NCBI GenBank assembly: GCA_009859145.1
Contig: VRVR01000014.1
Span: forward strand, 335,373-392,309
Direction of reading: 5' to 3'
DNA length: 56,937 nucleotides
From: Andalucia godoyi And28
Lineage: Eukaryota; Protista; Jakobida
The position numbers were made by a program, and so were the translations under genes. Positions within the stretch are counted from its first letter, which is position 1. Every line of letters begins with the position of its first letter. The notes beneath the pieces are model-generated. The model was given only the letters and a program-made list of their open reading frames with translations. It made no database searches and was not told where the DNA came from. This document shows, piece by piece, positions 1 through 9,423 of the stretch.

Positions 1-132
1 CAGTCAGTCCGTATTTTTTCCAGATATCCTTTCACAACGATTATCTCTTGGAAGCTATTGGAAAAGGAGAAAAGAAAGCAAAGCAAAGTAAAGCAAAAAA
101 GCACCAACAACAAAAACAGCGTCGTGTTTGGA

Positions 133-969
133 ATGGGGTTATTTGGATCAAAGCACCACGAAGTGCTGAAGTACATTCCGGACAAGTACCGCAGCGTTGA
201 AGACGTGTATGAAGCGCTTCGTCGGAAGGGCGTTGAGTCCTCTGAGCTGGTGTTTTTCGTGGATTTCACAAAGTCGAATCACACTTCTGGGACACGGACT
301 TTTGGAGGGCGTTGTCTGCATGCGATTGACCAGTTCACGAAGAACCCATATGAGCGAGGAATCGAAGTACTTGGGCGGACGCTTTCGCGGTTTGACGACG
401 ACGGGTTCATTCCGGGGTTCGGATTCGGGGATGTGACAACGGCCGATCGCGCGGTGTTTGCGCTCGAGAATTTGGTTCCGGAGGAAAGCAAGGGCATTTT
501 GAACAGTATGAAAGGGTTTGAGAGAGTGGCGTTTTCGTACCGGTGCACTGTTCCCCAGGTGTTTGACCACATGAGCGGACCGACTAGCTTTGCTCCCGCA
601 ATCCACAAGGCGATTGAGATTGTCCGCGCGTCCGGAAACCGATACCACATTGCAGTCATCATTGCCGATGGACAGGTCAGTCCGGGATCGCCAATGCAAG
701 AAACGGTCGCAGCCATCCAAGCGGCATCACACTATCCACTCAGCATCGTTTGCTTGGGCGTTGGAGACGGACCATTCAGCGACATGCATCACTTTGACGA
801 CAAGCTTCCAGGACGCGAGTTTGACAATTTCCAGTTCGTTGAGATGGCCGAGCTCGAGAAGAAGTACAAGGAAGAGCAGTTTGATGCGGCTTTCGCATGC
901 GCCGCATTGCAGGAGATTCCGGATCAGTACAAGTCCATTGTGAATCTCGGATATTTCAATCGATCCTGA
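133..969 (+). CDS. Copine/RGLG-family vWA-domain protein, N-myristoylation signal, no RING domain (278 aa)
   Basis: ATG at 133 gives MGLFGSK (MGxxxS). Copine vWA motifs: FFVDFTKSN, NPYERGIEVLGRTLSRFDDDGFIPGFGFGD, SGPTSFAPAI, YHIAVIIADGQ, ASHYPLSIVCLGVGDGPF, REFDNFQFV, AALQEIPDQY. The ORF-track start at 58 is TTG. Confidence 0.85.
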   Translation: MGLFGSKHHEVLKYIPDKYRSVEDVYEALRRKGVESSELVFFVDFTKSNHTSGTRTFGGRCLHAIDQFTKNPYERGIEVLGRTLSRFDDDGFIPGFGFGDVTTADRAVFALENLVPEESKGILNSMKGFERVAFSYRCTVPQVFDHMSGPTSFAPAIHKAIEIVRASGNRYHIAVIIADGQVSPGSPMQETVAAIQAASHYPLSIVCLGVGDGPFSDMHHFDDKLPGREFDNFQFVEMAELEKKYKEEQFDAAFACAALQEIPDQYKSIVNLGYFNRS

Positions 970-1473
970 GCAATACGCGCAGCGTACAATAACGGGAAAA
1001 ATGCAAAAGACTCGGTGTTTTTCTTTTGGGTCTGTGCCCCCCCCCCTCCCCTTCTCTCTCTCTCTCTCTGGAGTTCAATCTTCCTGGACGTGTCGGAGTT
1101 TAGTAGCAGGCATGTGCTCGTATGTGCTGTCCACAGCTCGCAAGTGGAAGAGCTTTGCTCGTACCTCGAAGTGAGATTGTCCCAAGAATCTCGCAAGGCT
1201 CTACAAAATGCTTTCTGCGATTTGATCAAATGATTTGTTTCTATTTGCTCGTGCATTCGATTTGCGTGATCATTGATCACGGATGATGAGGATGACGAAC
1301 GCGAAAAGAGTACTTAAACTCGTACTCCTTCGATTTGTTTGAATTTTTTTTCTTTTTCTTTTTCTTTTCTTTTCTCCTTTCTCTTTCCACTTCTTCTTTT
1401 CTTCTTATTGTTTTCGTTTTCCTGATTCGCTCTACATTCTGTACATCGACATCTGTTTTTTTTTTCAGTCATC

Positions 1474-4400
1474 ATGGGGAGCGTCATGCGAGCGGGTTTC
1501 ACTGCCTGTTTGGCTCTGTTTGTTTGCTTATGCGTTTCTCCGGCACATGCCGCCTGGAACCAAACGTTTGCTTTGGCTGTCGATGGATACACTACGCAGT
1601 CCGGATTTGGAACGTCAGTCGCTGTAGACGGCAACTACGCTGTTGTTGGAAGCTACGGATCTAACACGGCATACTTCTTCGCGAAGACGAATGGTGTCTG
1701 GAGCAAGACCGCTGTGGCCGCAGTTACAGGATATACTGCGCAGGCAGGGTTTGGATCCAGCGTTGCCATTTCTGGAGACTATGCCATCGTCGGCGCTCCT
1801 GCCGCTGGTCGAGCATATATCTTTGCACGAAACACCGCGACAGGTGCCTGGGGTACTACCGCCGTCACCACGATTTCGGCGTATTCGGCTACCTCCAACT
1901 TTGGATACTCGGTGAGCATGCAGGGGTCCACCGCTGTCGTGGGATCGTACACTGGAAATCGTGCGTATATCTTCGTCCGCTCTGGAAGCTCGTGGAGCGC
2001 GACCGCTGCGGCAACGCTGACCTCCTCCGATGCGTTCTACGGTGCAGCAGTTTCAGTGTCCGGGAACACGGTTGCTGTTGGTGCTCCTGGTACAAACAAG
2101 GTGTACCTTTACACACAGTCTACTGCTGGTGCGTGGAGCACAACTCCGTCCCTCACATTGGACGGACAAGTCTCGCAAACGTACTTTGGATCTTCGGTTG
2201 CCGTCGGCAGTTCTTGCATGGTTGTGGGTACTGGAATTAGCAAGGCTTTTGTGTTCTGCAAATCTAACAACCAGTGGACCAAAACCGTCACGGCGACGAT
2301 TGACTCGTATGCTGGCGCAGAACTCTATTTTGGCTCTTCTGTGGCGATTTCCGACAATTCTATTGTGATCGGAGCGTACGGAACCAACAAGGTGTTTGTC
2401 TTTGACAAAAATAGCGATTCCTCTTGGCCGGTGACTGCAACGCGAGTGATCAACCGGTATGCGACGTCCAACAGCTTCGGAAAGACAGTGTCCATTTCTG
2501 GTGACTTCATTTTCGTTGGTGCTCCCGACACAACGCAGGCTGCGTATTTTATCCCCAGTGTTTGCGGAAGTGGAACGTACGGAGCGAGTGCGTCCAGTTG
2601 CACGAGCTGTCCTGCCGGAACTTACAGTGCTGTTGAAGGAGCAGCGACTGCAGCACTGTGCACCGCTTGTCCGGCGGGTACTGCGAGTTCCACGGTTGGC
2701 GCTTCTGCAGTGTCTCAGTGTGTCGCATGCTTGCCTGGTTCGTTTAGCTCCTCCACAGGAGCTGCTACTTGCAGTGCATGCCCTGTTGGTACTTTCAGTG
2801 CGGCTGCTGGCGCTACTTCCTGTTCGTCGTGCCCTGCGGGAACTTTTAATCCGTCAACGGGTGGAGCAGCAGCAGCATCGTGTCTCGAGTGCCCTGCGGG
2901 TTCTTTTGGAGCTACTGCTGGTTTGGCGGCATGCAGCCCTTGCGGAGCTGGATCATACAGCGGTGTCCTGGGATCTCAGACTTGTTCGTTGTGCCCAGTA
3001 GGAACCTCGAACCCCAATCCAGGATCGAATGCAGCTTCTGCTTGCGCTCCATGTGCGACCGGATTGTTCGCGGACGTTGTCGGCCTATCCACCTGCAAGG
3101 CGTGCCCCGCGGGATCGTTCTCGGGATCCACTGGATCAACATCATGCGCCACTTGTGCTGCGGGATCGTATTCGACTGGATCCGCACCTGCGTGTTCACT
3201 GTGCCCGGCGGGCTCGTTTAATCCATCCACGGGTGGCTCTGCGTTGGCCTCTTGCCAAGCGTGCCCCGCGGGATCGTTCTCGGGATCCACTGGATCAACA
3301 TCATGCGCCACCTGTGCTGCGGGATCGTATTCGACTGGATCCGCATCTGCTTGTTCACTGTGCCCGGCGGGCTCGTTTAATCCATCCATGGGTGGCTCTG
3401 CGTTGGCCTCTTGCCAAGCGTGCGCTGCTGGATCGTTTTCCGACGTCGGTGCTTCGGCTTGCTCTCTTTGCCCTGCCGGGTCGTTTTCACCGGTCAATGC
3501 TGTAGCTTGTTCACCGTGCGCCGCTGGTACGTTCTCCGATACGGCAGGTCTGGCAACGTGCGCTGCTTGCCCTCGCGGATCGTTTTCATCCCAGACTGGA
3601 GCCACCACGTGCGCCCTCTGTGACGCTGGCCACTTTTCAGCGAATGATGGTGCGACTTCGTGTGATGCATGCCCCATTGGAACCTACCAGACTGCCACGG
3701 GTACCTCCTCTTGTGTTCCTTGCCCGGCTGGAACGAGCAATGTCGGTACAGGGGCAGTTTCTGCGGATTCGTGTGCGCTGTGCCCGGCCGGCTCGTATTC
3801 TGCTGCTGGATCTTCGGGATGCATTCTGTGCGAAGCTGGAAAGTTCTCCTCTGTTGCTGGAAGCGGTGTTTGCGAGTCATGCCCGCAGGGATCATTCGGA
3901 GCAACACCCGGTGCAACGCAATGTGCAACATGCCCTGCTGGCTCTTATTCAAACATTGCTGGTTCAGTAGCGTGCACACAGTGTGATCCTGGGTTTTTCA
4001 ACCCTGCAACTGGTTCGTCGTCTTCAAAGGACTGCGGATTGTGTCCCGTGGGAACCTACGCGGATGCTTCAGGTAGTTCTGCCTGTGCATCATGCCCTGC
4101 GGGTACATTCAACGGCAACCAGGGATCCACTGGAGCAAGTGCTTGCTTGTCTTGCCCTGCTGGCTCGTTCTCTGCCACTCCGGCATCTGGCGTGTGTGAT
4201 CAGTGTCCCGCCGGTACGTTCACCGCCGACAACGGACAATCATCGTGCGCAGCTTGCCCATCTGGACAGTTTTCACAAACGAATGGATCAGTTGCATGCG
4301 ATCTGTGCCCGGTCGGAACGTTCAATCCGTCCACGGGGTCGTCAACTGCTTCTGCATGTGTTGCATGTGCCGCTGGAACCGCTTCCAGTCAGATTGGATC

Positions 4401-5532
4401 CTCTGCTTGCGCAGCCTGCCCGACCGGAACGTATGCTGATTTGACTGGCCAAGCAGCGTGCACAGCCTGCCCTGCGGGTACCGTGAACTCCAATACCGGC
4501 TCAGCTTCGGCGGACGCTTGTGTTGCCTGTGTCGCTGGTACATACTCTGACGCGACAGCAACATCTTGCGCCGCTTGTGCTGCTGGATCGTATGCAGCCA
4601 CTGCTGGTAGCGCATCCTGTTCCGCATGTGCAGCCGGATCGTTCGCAAGCTCTGCCGGTGCAGTCACTTGTGATTTGTGTCCTGCGGGACAGTTCTCAAA
4701 CGCGACAGGCTCCACGAGTTGCGACCAGTGTCCGTCTGGGACATTTCGCGCGGATGTTGGTGGACAGTCGGTTTCTGACTGCTCCCCTTGCGCAGCGGGC
4801 TCTTTCTCGTCGACGGAAGGCAGTGCAGCGTGCAACTTGTGTCTGCCAGGGTCCTTTGCCTCTTCGGCAGGCTCGTTGGCTTGTTCCGAGTGTCCCGTTG
4901 GAACGTACAACAAGGAGTCTGGATCTGTGGATGAGACTGCCTGCACCCCTTGCGGCGCTGGATCTTACGCCGACGCGACAGGCTCTTCTGTTTGCAACCT
5001 CTGCCCTGCAGGCTCGTACAGTGATGCCACGGGCGCTTCCAGCGCAGACGCATGCACCAAGTGCCCTGCCGGAACCTTCTCTTCATCAGTTGGAGAAGTC
5101 TCGGTAGATTCGTGTGCTCCTTGCGAAGCTGGCTTCTACAATGACGTGGAGGGTGCCACAGTCTGCCAGGCATGCTTGCCCGGAACATTTGGCAACTCCA
5201 CCGGAGCAGTCTCTTCGGAGGCGTGCCAGCCATGCCAGCCGGGATCGTACGCGCCCACTTCTGGGTCTGCAAGCTGCTCGTTGTGCAATCCGGGTACCTT
5301 CAATCCGAGCTACGGCGCGGTCAACACAACCCAGTGCACCTCCTGTTCGGCCGGCACGTATGGACCTGCTCCTGGACTGACCACCTGTGTGTCGTGCCCG
5401 GTCAACCAGACCTCCCCGATCGCATCGATTTCGGTCTCCGATTGCTACACGAGTGTTTCGTTTGCAGTGCCGATCACGATGTCATCCATATTTGCAGTGA
5501 TTGTTTCTTTATTCGGAATGTTGACAATGTAG
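1474..5532 (+). CDS. Secreted/surface protein: signal peptide, 7 FG-GAP (integrin-alpha-like) repeats, long CxxC Cys-rich (GCC2/GCC3, ephrin-receptor-like) stalk, hydrophobic C-terminus (GPI signal or TM) (1352 aa)
   Basis: Hydrophobic N-terminus ending AHA. Seven FGxSVAxxGxxxxVGA-type repeats. Roughly 50 C(P/A)xGxF/Y-CxxC units. Terminal SIFAVIVSLFGMLTM with no cytoplasmic tail. Confidence 0.85.
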   Translation: MGSVMRAGFTACLALFVCLCVSPAHAAWNQTFALAVDGYTTQSGFGTSVAVDGNYAVVGSYGSNTAYFFAKTNGVWSKTAVAAVTGYTAQAGFGSSVAISGDYAIVGAPAAGRAYIFARNTATGAWGTTAVTTISAYSATSNFGYSVSMQGSTAVVGSYTGNRAYIFVRSGSSWSATAAATLTSSDAFYGAAVSVSGNTVAVGAPGTNKVYLYTQSTAGAWSTTPSLTLDGQVSQTYFGSSVAVGSSCMVVGTGISKAFVFCKSNNQWTKTVTATIDSYAGAELYFGSSVAISDNSIVIGAYGTNKVFVFDKNSDSSWPVTATRVINRYATSNSFGKTVSISGDFIFVGAPDTTQAAYFIPSVCGSGTYGASASSCTSCPAGTYSAVEGAATAALCTACPAGTASSTVGASAVSQCVACLPGSFSSSTGAATCSACPVGTFSAAAGATSCSSCPAGTFNPSTGGAAAASCLECPAGSFGATAGLAACSPCGAGSYSGVLGSQTCSLCPVGTSNPNPGSNAASACAPCATGLFADVVGLSTCKACPAGSFSGSTGSTSCATCAAGSYSTGSAPACSLCPAGSFNPSTGGSALASCQACPAGSFSGSTGSTSCATCAAGSYSTGSASACSLCPAGSFNPSMGGSALASCQACAAGSFSDVGASACSLCPAGSFSPVNAVACSPCAAGTFSDTAGLATCAACPRGSFSSQTGATTCALCDAGHFSANDGATSCDACPIGTYQTATGTSSCVPCPAGTSNVGTGAVSADSCALCPAGSYSAAGSSGCILCEAGKFSSVAGSGVCESCPQGSFGATPGATQCATCPAGSYSNIAGSVACTQCDPGFFNPATGSSSSKDCGLCPVGTYADASGSSACASCPAGTFNGNQGSTGASACLSCPAGSFSATPASGVCDQCPAGTFTADNGQSSCAACPSGQFSQTNGSVACDLCPVGTFNPSTGSSTASACVACAAGTASSQIGSSACAACPTGTYADLTGQAACTACPAGTVNSNTGSASADACVACVAGTYSDATATSCAACAAGSYAATAGSASCSACAAGSFASSAGAVTCDLCPAGQFSNATGSTSCDQCPSGTFRADVGGQSVSDCSPCAAGSFSSTEGSAACNLCLPGSFASSAGSLACSECPVGTYNKESGSVDETACTPCGAGSYADATGSSVCNLCPAGSYSDATGASSADACTKCPAGTFSSSVGEVSVDSCAPCEAGFYNDVEGATVCQACLPGTFGNSTGAVSSEACQPCQPGSYAPTSGSASCSLCNPGTFNPSYGAVNTTQCTSCSAGTYGPAPGLTTCVSCPVNQTSPIASISVSDCYTSVSFAVPITMSSIFAVIVSLFGMLTM
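3100..3423 (+). repeat. Intragenic 159-bp tandem duplication (2 copies, 53 aa each)
   Basis: Copies start at 3100 and 3259 (gcgtgccccgcgggatcg...) and differ at 4 positions by manual alignment. Confidence 0.95.
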
Positions 5533-5713
5533 ACAAATGAAACGACAACAGACAAAGGAAAACGTAGAATTAAAAAAAGCAATAAGCAAAAAGCAGAAAA
5601 ACAAAACAAAACCAAACCAAACTAAAAAACAAAAACAAAAACAAAAACAAAAAAAACGCGAGAATTCAAATATAAGAAACACGGAGGAGAGGAAGCGGAG
5701 AAGGGTAAAAACT

Positions 5714-7465
5714 TCAAGCCGCAACAGTGTCCCAGAATGGACACACGTCATTTCCAAGGCCAGTTTCAACAGACAGTGGAAGTGTGATGTCGTACGTGGT
5801 AGCCTGGCTGTCATACAACGGCCAGCGAACACCCAGTCCGGACGGCTGGTTGGGATCTGCGGACTTTGCAAAGTTCGCCCACGCTGTTCCAAACGCGCTT
5901 GCAACCGCCTTGTCATCCTTGCTAAACGCACCAATGACAGGGGGCCACGCATTTCCAAAGACGAACACGAGTTCGGAGGCGTGGAAATCTCCGAGAACGT
6001 CCCAGAGGATGTTCTTTCTCGGATATGTAAACTGGTAAGAGTAGACCGGCACAAACTCTGCGAGCGAACGCAGTGCTCGTCGAGCCGCACATAAGAAGAA
6101 GTAATCCCGGAACACTGCCTGTGCACGGGCAACTTGATTTCCATATTTCTCGAGCGGGTATTGAGCAAGCACGTCTTCTGTGATGGATTCGTTGAAGAAA
6201 TGCGCAATGAGCAATTCCAAAGAGTGCTCATTGTAAGGGAACATCACACCTTTGACGATGATGGGCATTACTGGTAAAAAGATGGATCCTTCTTCCTTGT
6301 TTGTTCCCATGATAATCGGGACCTTGTTGAACTTTCCGCTGCGCACCAAGTTGAGTGGCAAATCCGGAAGTCCGTCTTGCGACCCGTCAATCGTGGGGCC
6401 GAAAGGCATGACCGGGAAGAGGGCAGGCAAGTAGTCGCTGAGCTTTCCGAGCTGCGGATATGCGGCAAGCATGACTTCGGGGTAGTTCACGAATGTGTCC
6501 CAGTTGACTGCGTCTGCCGTCTGCCCCGGCCCAAGAACGGTGACATGTCCTTCAAACAGCTGACCAACCGTCTTTCCTCGCAAGCAACTCAGCAGCTGCG
6601 GACCTTCACGCGGGCATCCCCTCGCTTCTGCCCAGTCCCGGGAAAACTGCACGGAATTCTCCCACGTGACAAAGAACTGCGGCGCATCAAAGGTTCCCGA
6701 TTCAACAATCGCCTTCTGGAACAGTCCCGCAGAAGCAGGCGATGCAACGTGGTACGCAACAGAGAAGCCGCCTGCCGATTCGCCCGAGATGGTGACCTTT
6801 CCATTATCACCACCAAACGCCGAGATCGCATTGTGGACAAACCGAAGAGCCATTCGCTGATCCTGGACTCCGTAGTTCCCCGTCGACCCGGACTCAGCAA
6901 GCAGCTCGGGCAACGCAAGGAACCCGAGTGCCGACAGCCGATAATTATGCGTAACGACAATGATGTTCTGCGCATCCGCAAGATTTGCACCGTCATACAG
7001 CCCAAACTCGAATCCGTCCCCCAGCACATATCCGCCTCCATAAATCCAAAACAGCGTCGACAGCGACCCGGCACTCGGGAAAGAGCCGTCAGCATTCAGC
7101 GGTACCCAAACGTTCAGATACAGGCAGTCTTCAACCCCCGCAGTAATGTATTTCCCAAGATGCAGGTTCAGCTGCGGACACGGCATCCGCGCAACCAAAT
7201 CGCCCTTCTCCTCCGTCCACGTGCTCACACCAACAGTCGGCTTCAGCCGAAGCTCGCCTACTGGTGGCTGCGCAAACGGAATCCCCAGGAACGACACGAC
7301 GCGCGACCCCGGCGCACGGTACCCCCGAACGGGTCCGTACGGAGTGCTTACCTTGTACTCCACCTGCGACTCTGCTGCATCCACACCGCCGCTCATCAAC
7401 ACTCCTCCAAACAACACCAGCGAAAACATCATCAACGACAACGACAACGACGGACCCTTGCTCAT
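5714..7465 (-). CDS. Type-B carboxylesterase/lipase (cholinesterase-like), probably secreted (583 aa)
   Basis: FLGIPFAQPPVGELR, EDCLYLNVW, WIYGGGY, nucleophile GESAG, EEG acid, GDFHASEL His motif. Hydrophobic signal after MSKG. First ATG at 7465. Confidence 0.92.
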   Translation of the reverse strand: MSKGPSLSLSLMMFSLVLFGGVLMSGGVDAAESQVEYKVSTPYGPVRGYRAPGSRVVSFLGIPFAQPPVGELRLKPTVGVSTWTEEKGDLVARMPCPQLNLHLGKYITAGVEDCLYLNVWVPLNADGSFPSAGSLSTLFWIYGGGYVLGDGFEFGLYDGANLADAQNIIVVTHNYRLSALGFLALPELLAESGSTGNYGVQDQRMALRFVHNAISAFGGDNGKVTISGESAGGFSVAYHVASPASAGLFQKAIVESGTFDAPQFFVTWENSVQFSRDWAEARGCPREGPQLLSCLRGKTVGQLFEGHVTVLGPGQTADAVNWDTFVNYPEVMLAAYPQLGKLSDYLPALFPVMPFGPTIDGSQDGLPDLPLNLVRSGKFNKVPIIMGTNKEEGSIFLPVMPIIVKGVMFPYNEHSLELLIAHFFNESITEDVLAQYPLEKYGNQVARAQAVFRDYFFLCAARRALRSLAEFVPVYSYQFTYPRKNILWDVLGDFHASELVFVFGNAWPPVIGAFSKDDKAVASAFGTAWANFAKSADPNQPSGLGVRWPLYDSQATTYDITLPLSVETGLGNDVCPFWDTVAA

Positions 7466-7580
7466 CCTCGAAACACGCACGCACACAGATTCACGCAATC
7501 TCTCTCTTATCAATCCCAAGGAAACCTCCAATGTTTTTTAACACTTACAAACAGTAACAAAGAAAACAAAACCAAAAAAA

Positions 7581-7589
7581 TATACATAT

Positions 7590-7622
<33 letters not shown>
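7581..7622. repeat. (CA)n/(TA)n microsatellite between the divergent esterase and TAM41 genes
   Basis: tatacatata-(ca)5-(ta)11 read directly. Confidence 0.9.
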
Positions 7623-7948
7623 GAGGTATGTTTATAACATTCAAACGCCATTTAATTAATGAAATTGGATTCTCCGCTTGTCCCCCACTACGACTGGTGA
7701 GCAAGAAAGGCAAGAAGCAACAGGAAGTTGCACTTCAACTTATGGACTATGAAAGCTTTCATTGTGTGTTGAAACTGTGTATTGGTCTTTTGTATCTATT
7801 GGTTTTGTATTTATTGGTTTTCACTTGTACGAGTTTTAATAACGAGAATGTTTTAATTATAATTATTGAGTTATTTATCATTTCTTAATAAATATATTTA
7901 TTTTTGAATTCTTGCAAGTAGCGCGCTCAGACTGTGGTTGAGAGACTG

Positions 7949-8995
7949 ATGGAGCGGATTTTGAGTCGGTTTCCGGTACGTCCGGTGTTTTGTTTTGCGT
8001 ATGGATCGTCGGTGTTTAAGCAGGCGACGAACATGGCTGCGTCTGCGAATCGGATGCTTGACTTGATTCTTGCGGTTGATGATTCGCATGGTTTCCACAC
8101 AGAGAATCTGAAGGCGAACCCAAATGACTATCCGTTGTCGCTGCGGGTTGCAGGTGCATCGGCGATTACGAGGATTCAGGAGGAATTCGGCGCAAAAGTG
8201 TACTTCAATACGCTGGTGGATGTAGAGCCGTCGTTACTTGCTGGGGTTGACAACCTCGCTGTGGTGCCGTCGAAGCTCAAGTACGGAGTGGTCTCTGTGG
8301 ACCATTTGAAAAGGGATCTTATGCAGTGGGAGAGCCTGTATGTCGCGGGCAGGATGCAGAAGCCGATCCGAGTGCTGCACTGTGATAATCCAGACATTAT
8401 GGGCGTGTGGCAGCCCAGGAACCTTGAAATGGCGTGCTCGGCTGCATCACTGTTCTCATCGCATGCGCAGTACGTGCGCCGGAAGACACGCGACGAGCCG
8501 TGTGCAGACATATCGGTTGCAAAGACGGAGTTTTACGAGCGGATAGCAATGTTCTCGTATGCTGGAGACATTCGCATGGGCGTTGCAGAGAACAACAACA
8601 AGATCCAGGATCTTGTTGCGGGATGTTTTGAAGAATGGAACAAGATGTATGAGCCCGTCCTGAACCGTATCCCTGGCCTTTATGTGCGAGACGACTCGTT
8701 TACGCTGCGCCCGTCCTCGTCGAACGTGCAAACGTGGTTCAGTGTGCTGCCCAAGGATATTCGAGATGACGTCTGCGAACTGCTTGATTCTACTGAGGAA
8801 AATGCGCTGCAGTCCGCGTCCTTTGTAGGCGCATTCGGAGACACTTTGCGAGACATTGTCCGCGAGTCCAGCACCGCACAGACGATGAAGGGCTTCGTGT
8901 CCTCCGGGCCCATCAAGTCGTTTGTGTACGTTTCAGAAAAGGTCAAAAAGGCGCTTGCTTCGCAACCAAAGTCTGCTGCCGCCCAGATGAGCTAG
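7949..8995 (+). CDS. TAM41: Mitochondrial phosphatidate cytidylyltransferase Tam41/Mmp37 (348 aa)
   Basis: FAYGSSVFKQ, MLDLILAVDD, VYFNTLV, KYGVVS...DLMQWESLYVAGRMQKP, SYAGDIRM...ENNNKIQDLV. First ATG at 7949. Confidence 0.92.
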   Translation: MERILSRFPVRPVFCFAYGSSVFKQATNMAASANRMLDLILAVDDSHGFHTENLKANPNDYPLSLRVAGASAITRIQEEFGAKVYFNTLVDVEPSLLAGVDNLAVVPSKLKYGVVSVDHLKRDLMQWESLYVAGRMQKPIRVLHCDNPDIMGVWQPRNLEMACSAASLFSSHAQYVRRKTRDEPCADISVAKTEFYERIAMFSYAGDIRMGVAENNNKIQDLVAGCFEEWNKMYEPVLNRIPGLYVRDDSFTLRPSSSNVQTWFSVLPKDIRDDVCELLDSTEENALQSASFVGAFGDTLRDIVRESSTAQTMKGFVSSGPIKSFVYVSEKVKKALASQPKSAAAQMS

Positions 8996-9021
8996 TGTTT
9001 ATTAATGTGCTGTGTACTGGC

Positions 9022-9046
9022 ATATATATATATATATATATATATA
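9022..9046. repeat. (AT)n microsatellite downstream of TAM41
   Basis: Read directly. Confidence 0.9.
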
Positions 9047-9423
9047 ATGTTAAGGATGTGTGTGTGTGGAAGAACAAGCTTTGCATTCTGTCGTTGGCTG
9101 GTCCGTGTGTCGCTTTTCTCAATATGGCCATGTTGCAGACCTTTCCCCGAATGCTCCATTAAATAAAAAGAGGAGTTCTGGGTTCGTTCGACGGTGCCTG
9201 CCGTAGGGGAAGACTATCTCTCTATCTCTCTATGCAAAATGTGCGAAACTTCCTCAGTCCCAATGGTGGTGTATTCACGCTCAAGCAGCCGTTGACGCGT
9301 GGCGAGGTACTGAGGACGGCGACGCACAGAGACAAACGGGCGATCTGAGCGGGCACCGAAAATCTCGGGGAGGGAGGGATTGGCGTGGCGAAGTACGAAA
9401 CAGCGGCACAGCGGATCATTTAG

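Noticed and set aside
58-132. Lys-rich N-terminal extension of the first ORF
   Set aside because: Starts at TTG in an A-rich leader; the ATG at 133 gives a myristoylation motif.
6377-7888. 503-aa plus-strand ORF
   Set aside because: Antisense shadow of the esterase that runs into microsatellite DNA; no motifs.
9170-9420. GC-rich stretch upstream of ALKBH1 considered as a tRNA, SRP or RNase P/MRP RNA
   Set aside because: No cloverleaf, box A/B or conserved-region motifs found by eye; a covariance-model search would be needed.
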